From IMG/VR virus record IMGVR_UViG_3300044995_000220: a stretch of DNA of 64,000 bases. One strand, written 5' to 3'. Positions 19,201-26,822 of the stretch are shown here, piece by piece; within the stretch, counting starts at the first letter, position 1, and every line of letters starts with the position of its first letter. Below the pieces are notes generated by a model that saw only the letters and a list, made by a program, of their open reading frames with translations, searched no databases and was not told the origin of the DNA. Position numbers and translations under genes: made by a program. This stretch comes from a virus.

Positions 19201-20730
19201 CATCTTGGATCCCATGATCGCGCGGTTACCTTGGATTGAGTGGATCAATGGGATTAGCGTTGTTGCTGGTGAGTACATGTACTTGACGTGATCAAGTTGG
19301 TGTGTCACCTGACTTGCAGGTACACGTGTTTGTTTGCCATTGACGAATGCGTCGACTGTGCCTTTGAGTTCTTGGTGAGGAAACGCAACGACATATTTGT
19401 GCAAGTCGCCAGCTCGTATAAATTCCTCTTTACCAGTCTTTACATTGCGTAGTACTGTGTAGAGGTTACCTTTGTCGTCACGGTGCGCGGCAATTGTTGC
19501 CCGAATATCTACACCTGAGTGGTTTGATTCAGGTGTGCGAATTGGATCCAGTGCACCAAAGTGCGTGTTGTGGATCATGCGCGCGTCCAGGGGGATTGCG
19601 CGGTCTGAGGGAATTCCGCCTTCACCGAGACTCGTCACTTTCACTGCGTGATCGATGATTTCCATTGGATTGATTCCCATGGGAACGCTAGAAAGTGACG
19701 ATGTTGTGACGAACTTACGGATTGCATCCGAGAACGGCGCAGGTTTAAGGGCGTCTCGGATTACGTTTTTGTTTGTTAGTGCTAGTTTTGCTTTAGGTAT
19801 CCATTGACGAGAGGACAGACGAATTCGTTCTGAGATGAAATCATCAAGCGCATGAAATGTTTTGAATTTTAGTGAGTCAGTGTCATCAACTTGCGCTTTG
19901 CCAGCATGGACATCGAGTATTTTCTTCGCAGCGCTAAGCAGCGTCTCAGGTGCGACCTTAGTGTGCGCAGAACCAAGTGTTTCGCTCGTTACTTCAGGAT
20001 CAAGCGTTGATTGGTTATAGTGCTTTTTGATAGCTTCGACTTTTGCTTCATGTGACGCGTTTGGATCCAGCACAGCTGGATGCTCTAGCTTTGTGTAAAG
20101 CTTGTTAATTGTTGGCGCAATTTGGTGTCCGTACTCTTTTTCATTGGCGCGCGCTACGCCTTCGCCTAAGTGCTTAGCAATTTGGCTGTGCTCAACGCCA
20201 AGGCCTCGCAATACGGCGTAAAGAGGCAAATTTGACGTACCATATTGAAGGTAGAATGTTCCTTTATCAGGATTAAATGTGAGATTGAAGTTTTTTCCGC
20301 GCCCGAGGTTGAATACTGTTTTGAGTTCGCCGTTGTCAGCTCGCTGGGTGTAAACTCCCGGTTTGCGGCGTAATTGGTTTGCAATTTGATATTCGTTGCC
20401 ATCTACGATGATGGTGTGGCGCGATGTTAAGTACGGTATGTGCGCTAGCGTAAAGTTTTTTGCTTCGTCGAGAATTTTTCCGTTTGCGTCTTTAAGTACA
20501 AGTGTGCCTTTGACTGGTTCATAAAGTGATGAACCTTTCATAAGTGCGTTGTATTCGTCCGATGGTGCAAAATCTTGTGAATTTACACGTACATCTTTGA
20601 TTTCCAGCGTTTTACCCTTGAGTTCAAGGGGGAAAACAGTAGTTAACGCCTTAGTTGTCTTTTCGTGCAGTTTTTGGCGAAGTGTAGCTGCGCTGGTCAG
20701 TACGGGCGTTGGTGCACTCATCTCAATCAA
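16222..20730 (-). CDS. rpoB: RNA polymerase beta subunit fused to N-terminal half of beta'
   Basis: beta motifs: IIVDGNEYQIANQLRRKPG, INPMEIIDH..VTSLGEGG, HFGALDPIRTPES, NRAIMGSKM, GYNSNDAVVISE, GDKLAGRYGNKGVV, SRIN, GKMEFDALLAH. From about 17730: beta' motifs GGLFDP, PVIPPVFRP, SDVNKLY, VLINRAPTLHR, NLDYDGD. ATG at 20721 is the likelier start. Confidence 0.95.
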   Translation of the reverse strand: MIEMSAPTPVLTSAATLRQKLHEKTTKALTTVFPLELKGKTLEIKDVRVNSQDFAPSDEYNALMKGSSLYEPVKGTLVLKDANGKILDEAKNFTLAHIPYLTSRHTIIVDGNEYQIANQLRRKPGVYTQRADNGELKTVFNLGRGKNFNLTFNPDKGTFYLQYGTSNLPLYAVLRGLGVEHSQIAKHLGEGVARANEKEYGHQIAPTINKLYTKLEHPAVLDPNASHEAKVEAIKKHYNQSTLDPEVTSETLGSAHTKVAPETLLSAAKKILDVHAGKAQVDDTDSLKFKTFHALDDFISERIRLSSRQWIPKAKLALTNKNVIRDALKPAPFSDAIRKFVTTSSLSSVPMGINPMEIIDHAVKVTSLGEGGIPSDRAIPLDARMIHNTHFGALDPIRTPESNHSGVDIRATIAAHRDDKGNLYTVLRNVKTGKEEFIRAGDLHKYVVAFPHQELKGTVDAFVNGKQTRVPASQVTHQLDHVKYMYSPATTLIPLIHSIQGNRAIMGSKMGTQALPLVEREAPLVQVKSHHPDGHSFETIYGHMIVPTAPVSGTVAKIDNQFIYIKPHAEKRAAAGDAGLIKVPYYQKFPFPSKTFLDHTVSVKPGDKVKEGQRLAESNYTRNSVLALGKNLLVGYLPYYGYNSNDAVVISESAARKLTSEHMYREVFPISTGTELNRAKHQLYYGAKYPASMYSKLDESGVIKKGTKVDPKDLLVAGLMKQSVTGTDAILGRLSKSLVKPFKDIALTWEHSVPGEIIDVVRSNKQITILVKTREPMQIGDKLAGRYGNKGVVAKIVPDHEMLRDEQGRPLDLLMTSAGVVSRINPAQIIETAVSKVAEKTGKPIVYDNTAGHDAVKWARDLLNKHGVKDKEVLYDPILKRKIIGPDSKGVLVGKQYIYKLFKSTDTNFSGHGVGPYDINEQPLKTGGDESAKSIGKMEFDALLAHNARSFLREATTVRGQKNDEYWKAVQMGLPLPEPKPSFAFNKFIGMLEGAGVKVDKRGSKFSLLPMTDKDVLTRSSGAIENNTTVRAKDLKPMPGGLFDPRKTGGLQGALFSHIDLHEPIPNPVFEEPVRRLLGMTETQFRTALRTNGGAWFRHELSKIDVPRKLRELREQLKTAKGAALDDVVKQIKYLEALQKHNLNPADAYVISKVPVIPPVFRPILPSVHDPSQLMVSDVNKLYSQLLDSNKTLKTTAVPSDLGKHRLDLYEKVEELYGIALPRDPKLQQQKVKGLLANISGVGTPKGGFFQRKLMRHTQDVSGRGTAVPDSNLSMDEVGIPEDMLWQALDKLIVARLIRTGYPALQARELVNERAPAARNALLEEIRERPVLINRAPTLHRGSIIAAYAKPVPGKTIRVSSFAEKGMNLDYDGDTLQVHFPIGPEAVQEAKQMTLSNLLLSDQQRNKLMVFPQHEAIIAFTLASKHTIPTGPVRKFKTREDALAAYRRGELKLSDAIEIENETEKRADNYSEGPHLTAPVYSISPDEALFYFPPELLTGVNN

Positions 20731-20758
20731 AATTTAAAGACAATACGTGGTAAAAGTT

Positions 20759-20784
20759 TTTAGCGGGGTTTTGTGTCCGCTAAA
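20759..20784. other. Intergenic hairpin upstream of RNAP gene (8-bp stem, 10-nt loop)
   Basis: tttagcgg (20759-20766) pairs with ccgctaaa (20777-20784). Confidence 0.5.
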
Positions 20785-20871
20785 GGAGGTGAGAGTGACG
20801 TGCTAATACGCGCGGTTTTTCGTTTTGTCATTTTTGTTGCGCGGTGATTGTGATAATGATTGCTGCGCACT

Positions 20872-20909
20872 TCGGGGTGTGCCGTGGTTACAACCGCGGC
20901 ACACCCCGA
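20872..20909. other. Near-perfect 38-bp palindrome over the stop codon of 20888-21298
   Basis: tcggggtgtgccgtggtt-ac-aaccgcggcacaccccga: 18-bp arms with one mismatch/wobble. Confidence 0.85.
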
Positions 20910-21298
20910 GAACGAATCCGCGCTTCATTTTGCGTTACTTCGGGTTCTTCCCACGCGATCGTAACGTAGATTTCACCTCGATCATTTGAAAATTCGCGTG
21001 CGTGTAGTTTCCAGGGCCCTGCATCGCCTGCGTTTCGCAGCCGGTTTATTAGTTCAATATACTCGTTGTGCCGCGTGTGTGGACAAATGTAATCGCCTTG
21101 TTCAGGTAATAGTTCAGGTCGTTCTTGAATTGCATCTTTGCAACGATTACAACTGTTCCAAGGCCGAAACACTGAGTATGTTTCGTGAAAAACTTTCATC
21201 CGGCGCGGGGGTTCTTCCGCCGGTTCTGAAAAGCCTATACGTGGTCCTCGGATAGTCTCTTCGTGTTTTGCTTGTTGTGAGTTCATCCAGTCTTCCAT
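20888..21298 (-). CDS. Hypothetical protein with putative Zn ligands
   Basis: 136 aa; CNRC and CPH..H motifs; directly downstream of the portal gene. Confidence 0.7.
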   Translation of the reverse strand: MEDWMNSQQAKHEETIRGPRIGFSEPAEEPPRRMKVFHETYSVFRPWNSCNRCKDAIQERPELLPEQGDYICPHTRHNEYIELINRLRNAGDAGPWKLHAREFSNDRGEIYVTIAWEEPEVTQNEARIRSRGVPRL

Positions 21299-21299
21299 T

Positions 21300-23021
21300 T
21301 CAACCCTGCGCCTTCATGTAAGCCAATTGGTTTTGCTCTATTTGTTGTAGCAATTCTTTTGTGATGCAGTACATAATGAAGTCTTCGCCTTTGAGTGAAT
21401 CAAGCCGTGAACGCCTTGTACCTGCGTCGTATTGTGCTAGTTCTTCAGCGATTGGTTGTGCTTTGGCGATGATTGCCTGTTGATCGTACGCGAAACTGCT
21501 CCGCGATTGAAGCGCTTGTTGCTGTGCTTGTATTGAAAGTGATTGTTGAAGTTTTTGAAGTGCAACTTGGGTTTCTTGTTCAGCCCGAGTGTCGGCTAGA
21601 GTATCTTCGCGTCGCTGTTTACGTTCATGATCAAGATCAATGTCAAGCATTTCTGCCATTGTGGTGTTCGAAATTAGTTGGCTTTGCCATAGTTGAATTT
21701 TGAGTTGTTTATTTTCGATGTCGTCAATCATTTTGAAATCAGCAAGGCGCATTTTGATTGACGCCCAACCCATGAATTGTGCAACTTTGCGTTCAATCCA
21801 CTGGATGAGTGCGTTGAGATTTTCAATATGTGTTTGTAGTTGGTTTTCAATCATTCGCAATGTGATTTCACCTCGGGTTTGCCCAAGACCCCCTGTAAGA
21901 AACTCCATCGGTACGCCGAGTGAAAGTACAATTGCTCTTTCAGCTTCTTGTAGTTCGCCGAGAGTGAGCAACGCACGACCTTCACCGCCAATGTTCTGAA
22001 CGCCGACAGGTACAGGCGAAAATTGAATACGTAGCGGATCTCGACGGAACAATCGCCAGTTACGTTCCATTTCCATTTTCCAACGATCAAGTGGAATGGT
22101 CGTAATAGGGTCTCCTTGTCCGCTAGCCGCTATTGGATGGATGATTCTAAATGGTGTGATGTATTCGAGTGCAATCGCTTCATTTGCTCGTCGAAGTATT
22201 GCTGTAAAGAGGAAATTTTTAATTGCACTCGTGATTGGAGGAAATCCCCATTGAGCTTGTACACCAGCAGGTCCTGGCATTTTTAGATGATAAAGTGAAC
22301 CTTCATCAAATCGAAAAGTCTTGCGCTCTTGCATTGCGCGCAAGATCTCCATCGGCATGTGATTGATGAATGTTTTGTTGCCGGCTCGCACCTTTGCTAT
22401 GTCATCGCGTGGGATCTGGTAGTAATAGACACTTTCGCCAGTGACTCGGTTGTGTTCAATGTCAATTAATTTTGGATCCCATCGAATTAGTGTGAGCTTA
22501 GTAGGGTCTTTGAGTTTGTAGTCTTCAACCTTTGAGATCACACCTTTGCGTTTACACTGCTTGCAGTCGTGCGTGAATTGAAGTTTCGGGAGATTGAATT
22601 TGTATGATGCCGCTGAGATGTCTTCTCGTGTGCCGCAGTACTCACATACCAGTTCGCGTTTGATCGGCTCATAAACTGAAACGAACGCGTTGCCATATAG
22701 CCAGACGTCGTAGCTTACTAGCGTTAGAAAGCCTTTGAGTCGTAGAGTTTCTTCGAAGAGTCTTTTGTGGCGCGCTTTTTCTTCATCCGAATTCGATTCG
22801 TAAATGAATCGTGTGATTGGGTATTCGCCGAATTTACGGACTACGCCGTAAATATGCGCTGAATGGAATCCAAGGTATTCTGCCCATTTGAACAGGTCTT
22901 TGAGCTTCCGAGGTACAAACCCCGTTAAGTAGTCAAACATGGGGTTCGCATGCGACATCGCATGACGTCCTCCGAAACCCAGCAGCATATCGTCATAGTT
23001 CACTCCGCTGTCGATGGTCAT
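21300..23021 (-). CDS. Portal protein
   Basis: VWLYGNAFVS, WGFPPI, ALEYITPFRII, LGVPMEFL patterns typical of phage portals; CEYC/CKQC zinc-ribbon insertion; Gln-rich C-terminal helix. ATG at 23021 preferred over GTG at 23048. Confidence 0.8.
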   Translation of the reverse strand: MTIDSGVNYDDMLLGFGGRHAMSHANPMFDYLTGFVPRKLKDLFKWAEYLGFHSAHIYGVVRKFGEYPITRFIYESNSDEEKARHKRLFEETLRLKGFLTLVSYDVWLYGNAFVSVYEPIKRELVCEYCGTREDISAASYKFNLPKLQFTHDCKQCKRKGVISKVEDYKLKDPTKLTLIRWDPKLIDIEHNRVTGESVYYYQIPRDDIAKVRAGNKTFINHMPMEILRAMQERKTFRFDEGSLYHLKMPGPAGVQAQWGFPPITSAIKNFLFTAILRRANEAIALEYITPFRIIHPIAASGQGDPITTIPLDRWKMEMERNWRLFRRDPLRIQFSPVPVGVQNIGGEGRALLTLGELQEAERAIVLSLGVPMEFLTGGLGQTRGEITLRMIENQLQTHIENLNALIQWIERKVAQFMGWASIKMRLADFKMIDDIENKQLKIQLWQSQLISNTTMAEMLDIDLDHERKQRREDTLADTRAEQETQVALQKLQQSLSIQAQQQALQSRSSFAYDQQAIIAKAQPIAEELAQYDAGTRRSRLDSLKGEDFIMYCITKELLQQIEQNQLAYMKAQG

Positions 23022-23048
23022 TGCGTCTCTAACCGAAAGAAGTAACAC

Positions 23049-25109
23049 ATGATCGTAGAAGGCGCTCTACTTAGAAAATCTATACCTGTTTTCCGTATAG
23101 CAGTGCCAGAACAATCGTTTCTTGCACGAGCATGGGGAGGCGTGTATGACAATGGTACATGGCTATTTCCCGCTTATTTTCCTTTCGCGAAGTGGGCGTT
23201 TGAAGATCTTCGTAAGTTAGCTCCGCAGGCAGTATGGGATGATGCCGCTCTAGGACATCTTGCTGCGGTACGTGCTGCTGATAAAGCATGGGAAGCGGCT
23301 GTTACTGCATGGAATCATCATGAACCGGTGCCTTTGCCAGTTAACGACGATTTTTTCGCACCTAACTTTACACCGTATAGTCATCAGCGCCTTGGTATTG
23401 CGCGCCTTGTTTACTGGTGGCGCTCGTTCCTTGATTGGGACATGGGCACAGGTAAGACGCGAACTGTGATCGATGCCCTACGCATACTGCGCTTTCAAAA
23501 AAATTTTCGAAAAGCTCTTGTGCTTGGACCACCTGTTGTATTGGAATCATGGGTGAGAGAGGTTGCGCGTTGTTCAAACGGTACGTGGACGGCTGTAATT
23601 TGGGACGGTACGCCAGAGGCTGAAGTGGCAGCACAGACTGCTGATATTGTATTGGTGTCGTACACTCGCGCACGTATGGAACGCGAGGCGGCGAAGAATG
23701 CGGTGCGAGAGTTAGCGATTACACCTGCGCAGCGAGAACGTTATAAACTTGCTCCTCTTACTCAAGAGGATATTGCGCGTTTTACGCGCCTTGCAGCACA
23801 TCCTTTATACGCGCTCGACTACGACACCATTATTGCCGATGAGAGTCATTACTTAGGTAATTGGACCTCAGGTCAAACACAAGCGGCGATTGAGCTATCG
23901 GCTAAAGCTGTGCGACGTTACTGCTTAAGTGGTACGCCTGGCGATGATCCACGTAAGCTTTACGGCCAACTTTATTTCCTGTCTCCGGCACTTATACCAC
24001 TATCGTACCATAAGTTTGTAGAACGCCACGTTGTTTATTCGCGGAAAAATAAGCATATTGTCGTTGGCTTTCGTTTCCTCAATGAGCTCAACGAGCGATT
24101 CCGTAACGTCGCACTCCGCATGAAGAAAGCCGATTGCCTTGATTTGCCGCCAGTTACGACTGTTGATCTGTACTACGACCTCGGCGTTGCACAACGTGCT
24201 CGGTACAATGAGCTTGTTATGGAAATGGCGATGTCTGTTACGCCAGAGTTGATTTATGCGGAGCCAGCACGTGTCACTGAAGAGGTTACAGCGCAGCGGC
24301 AGTCAGTGCGACTTCCACACGGCGCTACACGTGTCACCAAGCTGCTTCAGGTACTCTCTGGTTTTGTCATTCAAGGTGCAGATTACGCAATTTGCGATGC
24401 GTGCCCCCGTATGGAGGCGTGTGTCGAGGCCAAAATTCGTCCATACACCAAAAAATGTGAGGTTGTGCAATCCGCACCTGAGCGCTGTGTATTACGCGAC
24501 ATTGAAAATCCTAAGCTAGACTTGTACAAAGAACAGCTCTTTCTAATTTTGAATACTGACGAAACTAATAAAGTTATTGTTTGGGCAAATTATCTTGAAG
24601 AACTTGATGATCTTGAGACAGCGACTAAAGCTTTAGGCGTTGACTATGTGCGCGTCGACGGTCAAACACTCTCTCGGCAGAAACGCATTGATCGTTTTCA
24701 AAACGACACTAAGTGCCGAGTTTACATTGGGCAAATACGTACCGGCATTGGTGTCACGCTAACGGCAGCTAATTATACGATTTTTTACTCATTGCCGTGG
24801 GATCCACTTCAGTATCGGCAAGCTATGGATCGTAATAATCGGCCTGGACAGCGCCGTGCGATGACGGTCTATCGCTTGCTCACTTCAGACGCTACATGGG
24901 GTTTGGACCGCTATGTGGCTCAAGTTTTGACTTTCAAGGAAAATATCACACTTACTCTTACTGACTTAGTTGCGTGTGCGGGTTGCGATCAGCAAATGAC
25001 GTGCGCGCGCAACAAAATTCTTCCCTTCCGAAAGGGATGTAAGTACGCTGCTAACGTTTCACGCCCTATTGCTAACGTGGAGGCTATTGAACATGCGTCT
25101 AACTCTTGA
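23049..25109 (+). CDS. SNF2-family (SF2) helicase/ATPase
   Basis: DMGTGKT (Walker A), DESH (Walker B), LSGTP, RVDG, GIGVTLTAA, QAMDRNNRPGQ. Confidence 0.92.
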   Translation: MIVEGALLRKSIPVFRIAVPEQSFLARAWGGVYDNGTWLFPAYFPFAKWAFEDLRKLAPQAVWDDAALGHLAAVRAADKAWEAAVTAWNHHEPVPLPVNDDFFAPNFTPYSHQRLGIARLVYWWRSFLDWDMGTGKTRTVIDALRILRFQKNFRKALVLGPPVVLESWVREVARCSNGTWTAVIWDGTPEAEVAAQTADIVLVSYTRARMEREAAKNAVRELAITPAQRERYKLAPLTQEDIARFTRLAAHPLYALDYDTIIADESHYLGNWTSGQTQAAIELSAKAVRRYCLSGTPGDDPRKLYGQLYFLSPALIPLSYHKFVERHVVYSRKNKHIVVGFRFLNELNERFRNVALRMKKADCLDLPPVTTVDLYYDLGVAQRARYNELVMEMAMSVTPELIYAEPARVTEEVTAQRQSVRLPHGATRVTKLLQVLSGFVIQGADYAICDACPRMEACVEAKIRPYTKKCEVVQSAPERCVLRDIENPKLDLYKEQLFLILNTDETNKVIVWANYLEELDDLETATKALGVDYVRVDGQTLSRQKRIDRFQNDTKCRVYIGQIRTGIGVTLTAANYTIFYSLPWDPLQYRQAMDRNNRPGQRRAMTVYRLLTSDATWGLDRYVAQVLTFKENITLTLTDLVACAGCDQQMTCARNKILPFRKGCKYAANVSRPIANVEAIEHASNS

Positions 25110-25764
25110 ACACAACGATGTAATTAAGGCGCTAGCTCTGTATGTTCGCTCTAAAGGCTTCGTTGTTGAGGCAACGCCTGAGAATTTTGTGATTGTTAAC
25201 GAAAGCGCAGATCCTTCTAAGTTTGACCTCGTTGTTACGGTTAAAAATGCTGATACAGCGCCTACTGATGGGGCATCCGCCACTCGATCTATTTCACGTC
25301 CAACGCAGGGAAGTCAGGTTTCGCGTTCAGCAACGCGTCCAACTCCACCACAACAAGTACCAAAAAATGATCTTTTTCGGCCTATAGCACCTCCTCGACC
25401 GATTCCGCCTGCGCCAAAACATCGTGTACTCGATAAGCAGGCCGCGTCGTCACCTGCGCTTATGTGGGCTGCGCAACATCCACATATGCCAAGGGCTAGT
25501 GTCATTGTACCGGCGTTTGAAGACTCCGAAAAAAAGGCTGAAGATCTGGTAGATGATTATGCGCCGCCCTCTGTGTCTCGTACGCCTGATGTGCCATCTG
25601 AAAGTGCGTTGATCGTTGATCCAAGCGAGATGTCGCCCGACGATCGCGCCGTTTTTGAGGACATTATTGCGCGTTCGCAGGCAGCTGTAAAAGAGGGCCC
25701 GCAATATGCTGAGGACTCTTTTAAAGATCCAGTCCAGCCGGAAGGCTACGTGGAGGATGAATGA
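25093..25764 (+). CDS. Hypothetical protein with Pro-rich disordered centre
   Basis: ATG at 25093 preceded by GGAGG; folded-looking N-terminal about 55 aa. Confidence 0.7.
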   Translation: MRLTLEHNDVIKALALYVRSKGFVVEATPENFVIVNESADPSKFDLVVTVKNADTAPTDGASATRSISRPTQGSQVSRSATRPTPPQQVPKNDLFRPIAPPRPIPPAPKHRVLDKQAASSPALMWAAQHPHMPRASVIVPAFEDSEKKAEDLVDDYAPPSVSRTPDVPSESALIVDPSEMSPDDRAVFEDIIARSQAAVKEGPQYAEDSFKDPVQPEGYVEDE

Positions 25765-26573
25765 ACGAGAAACGACATCTATCTGTTATTCCCCCGGAAC
25801 TTGTGGACCCGGGATTGCCGGGTGGTGCATTTTCGCACGCCCAGTACGAGACATATAAAAGCTGTGGTCGGGCTTATGAGTTTAAGTACATCAAGGAGCA
25901 GCGGATAGCTCCAAGTCCAGCGACAGCACGGGGTATTGCAATCCACACTGCTGTTGAAACAGCTCTTCGACACAAGCAACGACAAGGTGAAGTTCCATCT
26001 CTCGATGGTCAGCTTGCAGTCGTTGCTGATACTTTTGAAAAAGCTAAGGAAGAGGTCGACTGGGGCGACGAGGACCCTGGTAAAGTCAAGGACGTTGCGC
26101 TCAGTCTTTACCGCGTTTACCACACTCAAGGGTTACCAAAAATTTTGCCTGTTGAGGTTGAAACTCCCTTCGTTGTTAAGGTAGGTAGCGTCACCGTGCG
26201 TGGCGTTATTGATCTTATTGACTTAGAAAAAGAACAGCCGGGCGACCCTGGTCGTCTTGCCGTCGTTGATCTTAAGACGTCATCGTCGAAGTGGTCTGAG
26301 AATGAAGTAAAGAACGATACGCAACTATCTCTTTACACTGCTGTTAAGCGTATCATCCATGGACGCATCGACAACCTTGTCAGCACTAAGACTCCAGCGT
26401 TGCATCGGTTGTCAACGACGCGGGGTCCGCGTGATCATCGCAACTTAATTGAAGACTACGAGCAGACTGTTGACGCTATCAAGAAAGGTATTTTTCTGAT
26501 GGCGCCGATAGACTCATGGAAGTGTACGCCGAAGTATTGTAGTTACTATAGTCAGTGCCGAGGACGCGATTAA
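25761..26573 (+). CDS. PD-(D/E)XK nuclease, Cas4/RecB-like
   Basis: N-terminal SC, RGVIDLID, VVDLKT, QLSLY, C-terminal C...YC.YYSQC (1+3 Cys Fe-S pattern). Confidence 0.88.
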   Translation: MNEKRHLSVIPPELVDPGLPGGAFSHAQYETYKSCGRAYEFKYIKEQRIAPSPATARGIAIHTAVETALRHKQRQGEVPSLDGQLAVVADTFEKAKEEVDWGDEDPGKVKDVALSLYRVYHTQGLPKILPVEVETPFVVKVGSVTVRGVIDLIDLEKEQPGDPGRLAVVDLKTSSSKWSENEVKNDTQLSLYTAVKRIIHGRIDNLVSTKTPALHRLSTTRGPRDHRNLIEDYEQTVDAIKKGIFLMAPIDSWKCTPKYCSYYSQCRGRD

Positions 26574-26630
26574 CTAGTACGGAGTACGTCTTTATGATGC
26601 CGTGCTCAACTTACAACAACGGAGGGGCCT

Positions 26631-26822
26631 ATGGGCGAGAAGTACGGCGTTGTCACGAATTTCAATACAAAAGTGGTAGAAGAAAACGAAGCGGAGCCTT
26701 TACGGCGTATGGCTGATGTGGCAAATCTCAGCCGGTGCCCAAAGTGCGACGCTGTCATTCAAGAAACCGCGACTCTATCTCATCAGTGTCCGAACTGCGG
26801 AACGTTGCCGTTCGAGCACTGA
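26631..26822 (+). CDS. Small zinc-ribbon protein
   Basis: 63 aa; CPKC and CPNC; GGAGG upstream. Confidence 0.7.
   Translation: MGEKYGVVTNFNTKVVEENEAEPLRRMADVANLSRCPKCDAVIQETATLSHQCPNCGTLPFEH

Noticed and set aside
16222-20730. Captured host rpoBC operon or eukaryotic giant-virus RNAP
   Set aside because: No ribosomal-protein neighbours, strong divergence and compaction relative to cellular rpoBC, bacterial-type sigmas and Shine-Dalgarno sites, and tailed-phage portal/terminase/baseplate context.
20781-20860. Plus-strand AGGAGGT with a 15-codon hydrophobic mini-ORF, and a TGnGATAAT extended -10
   Set aside because: Antisense to the operon, very short, and the nearest -35-like hexamer is 21 nt away; consistent with chance.
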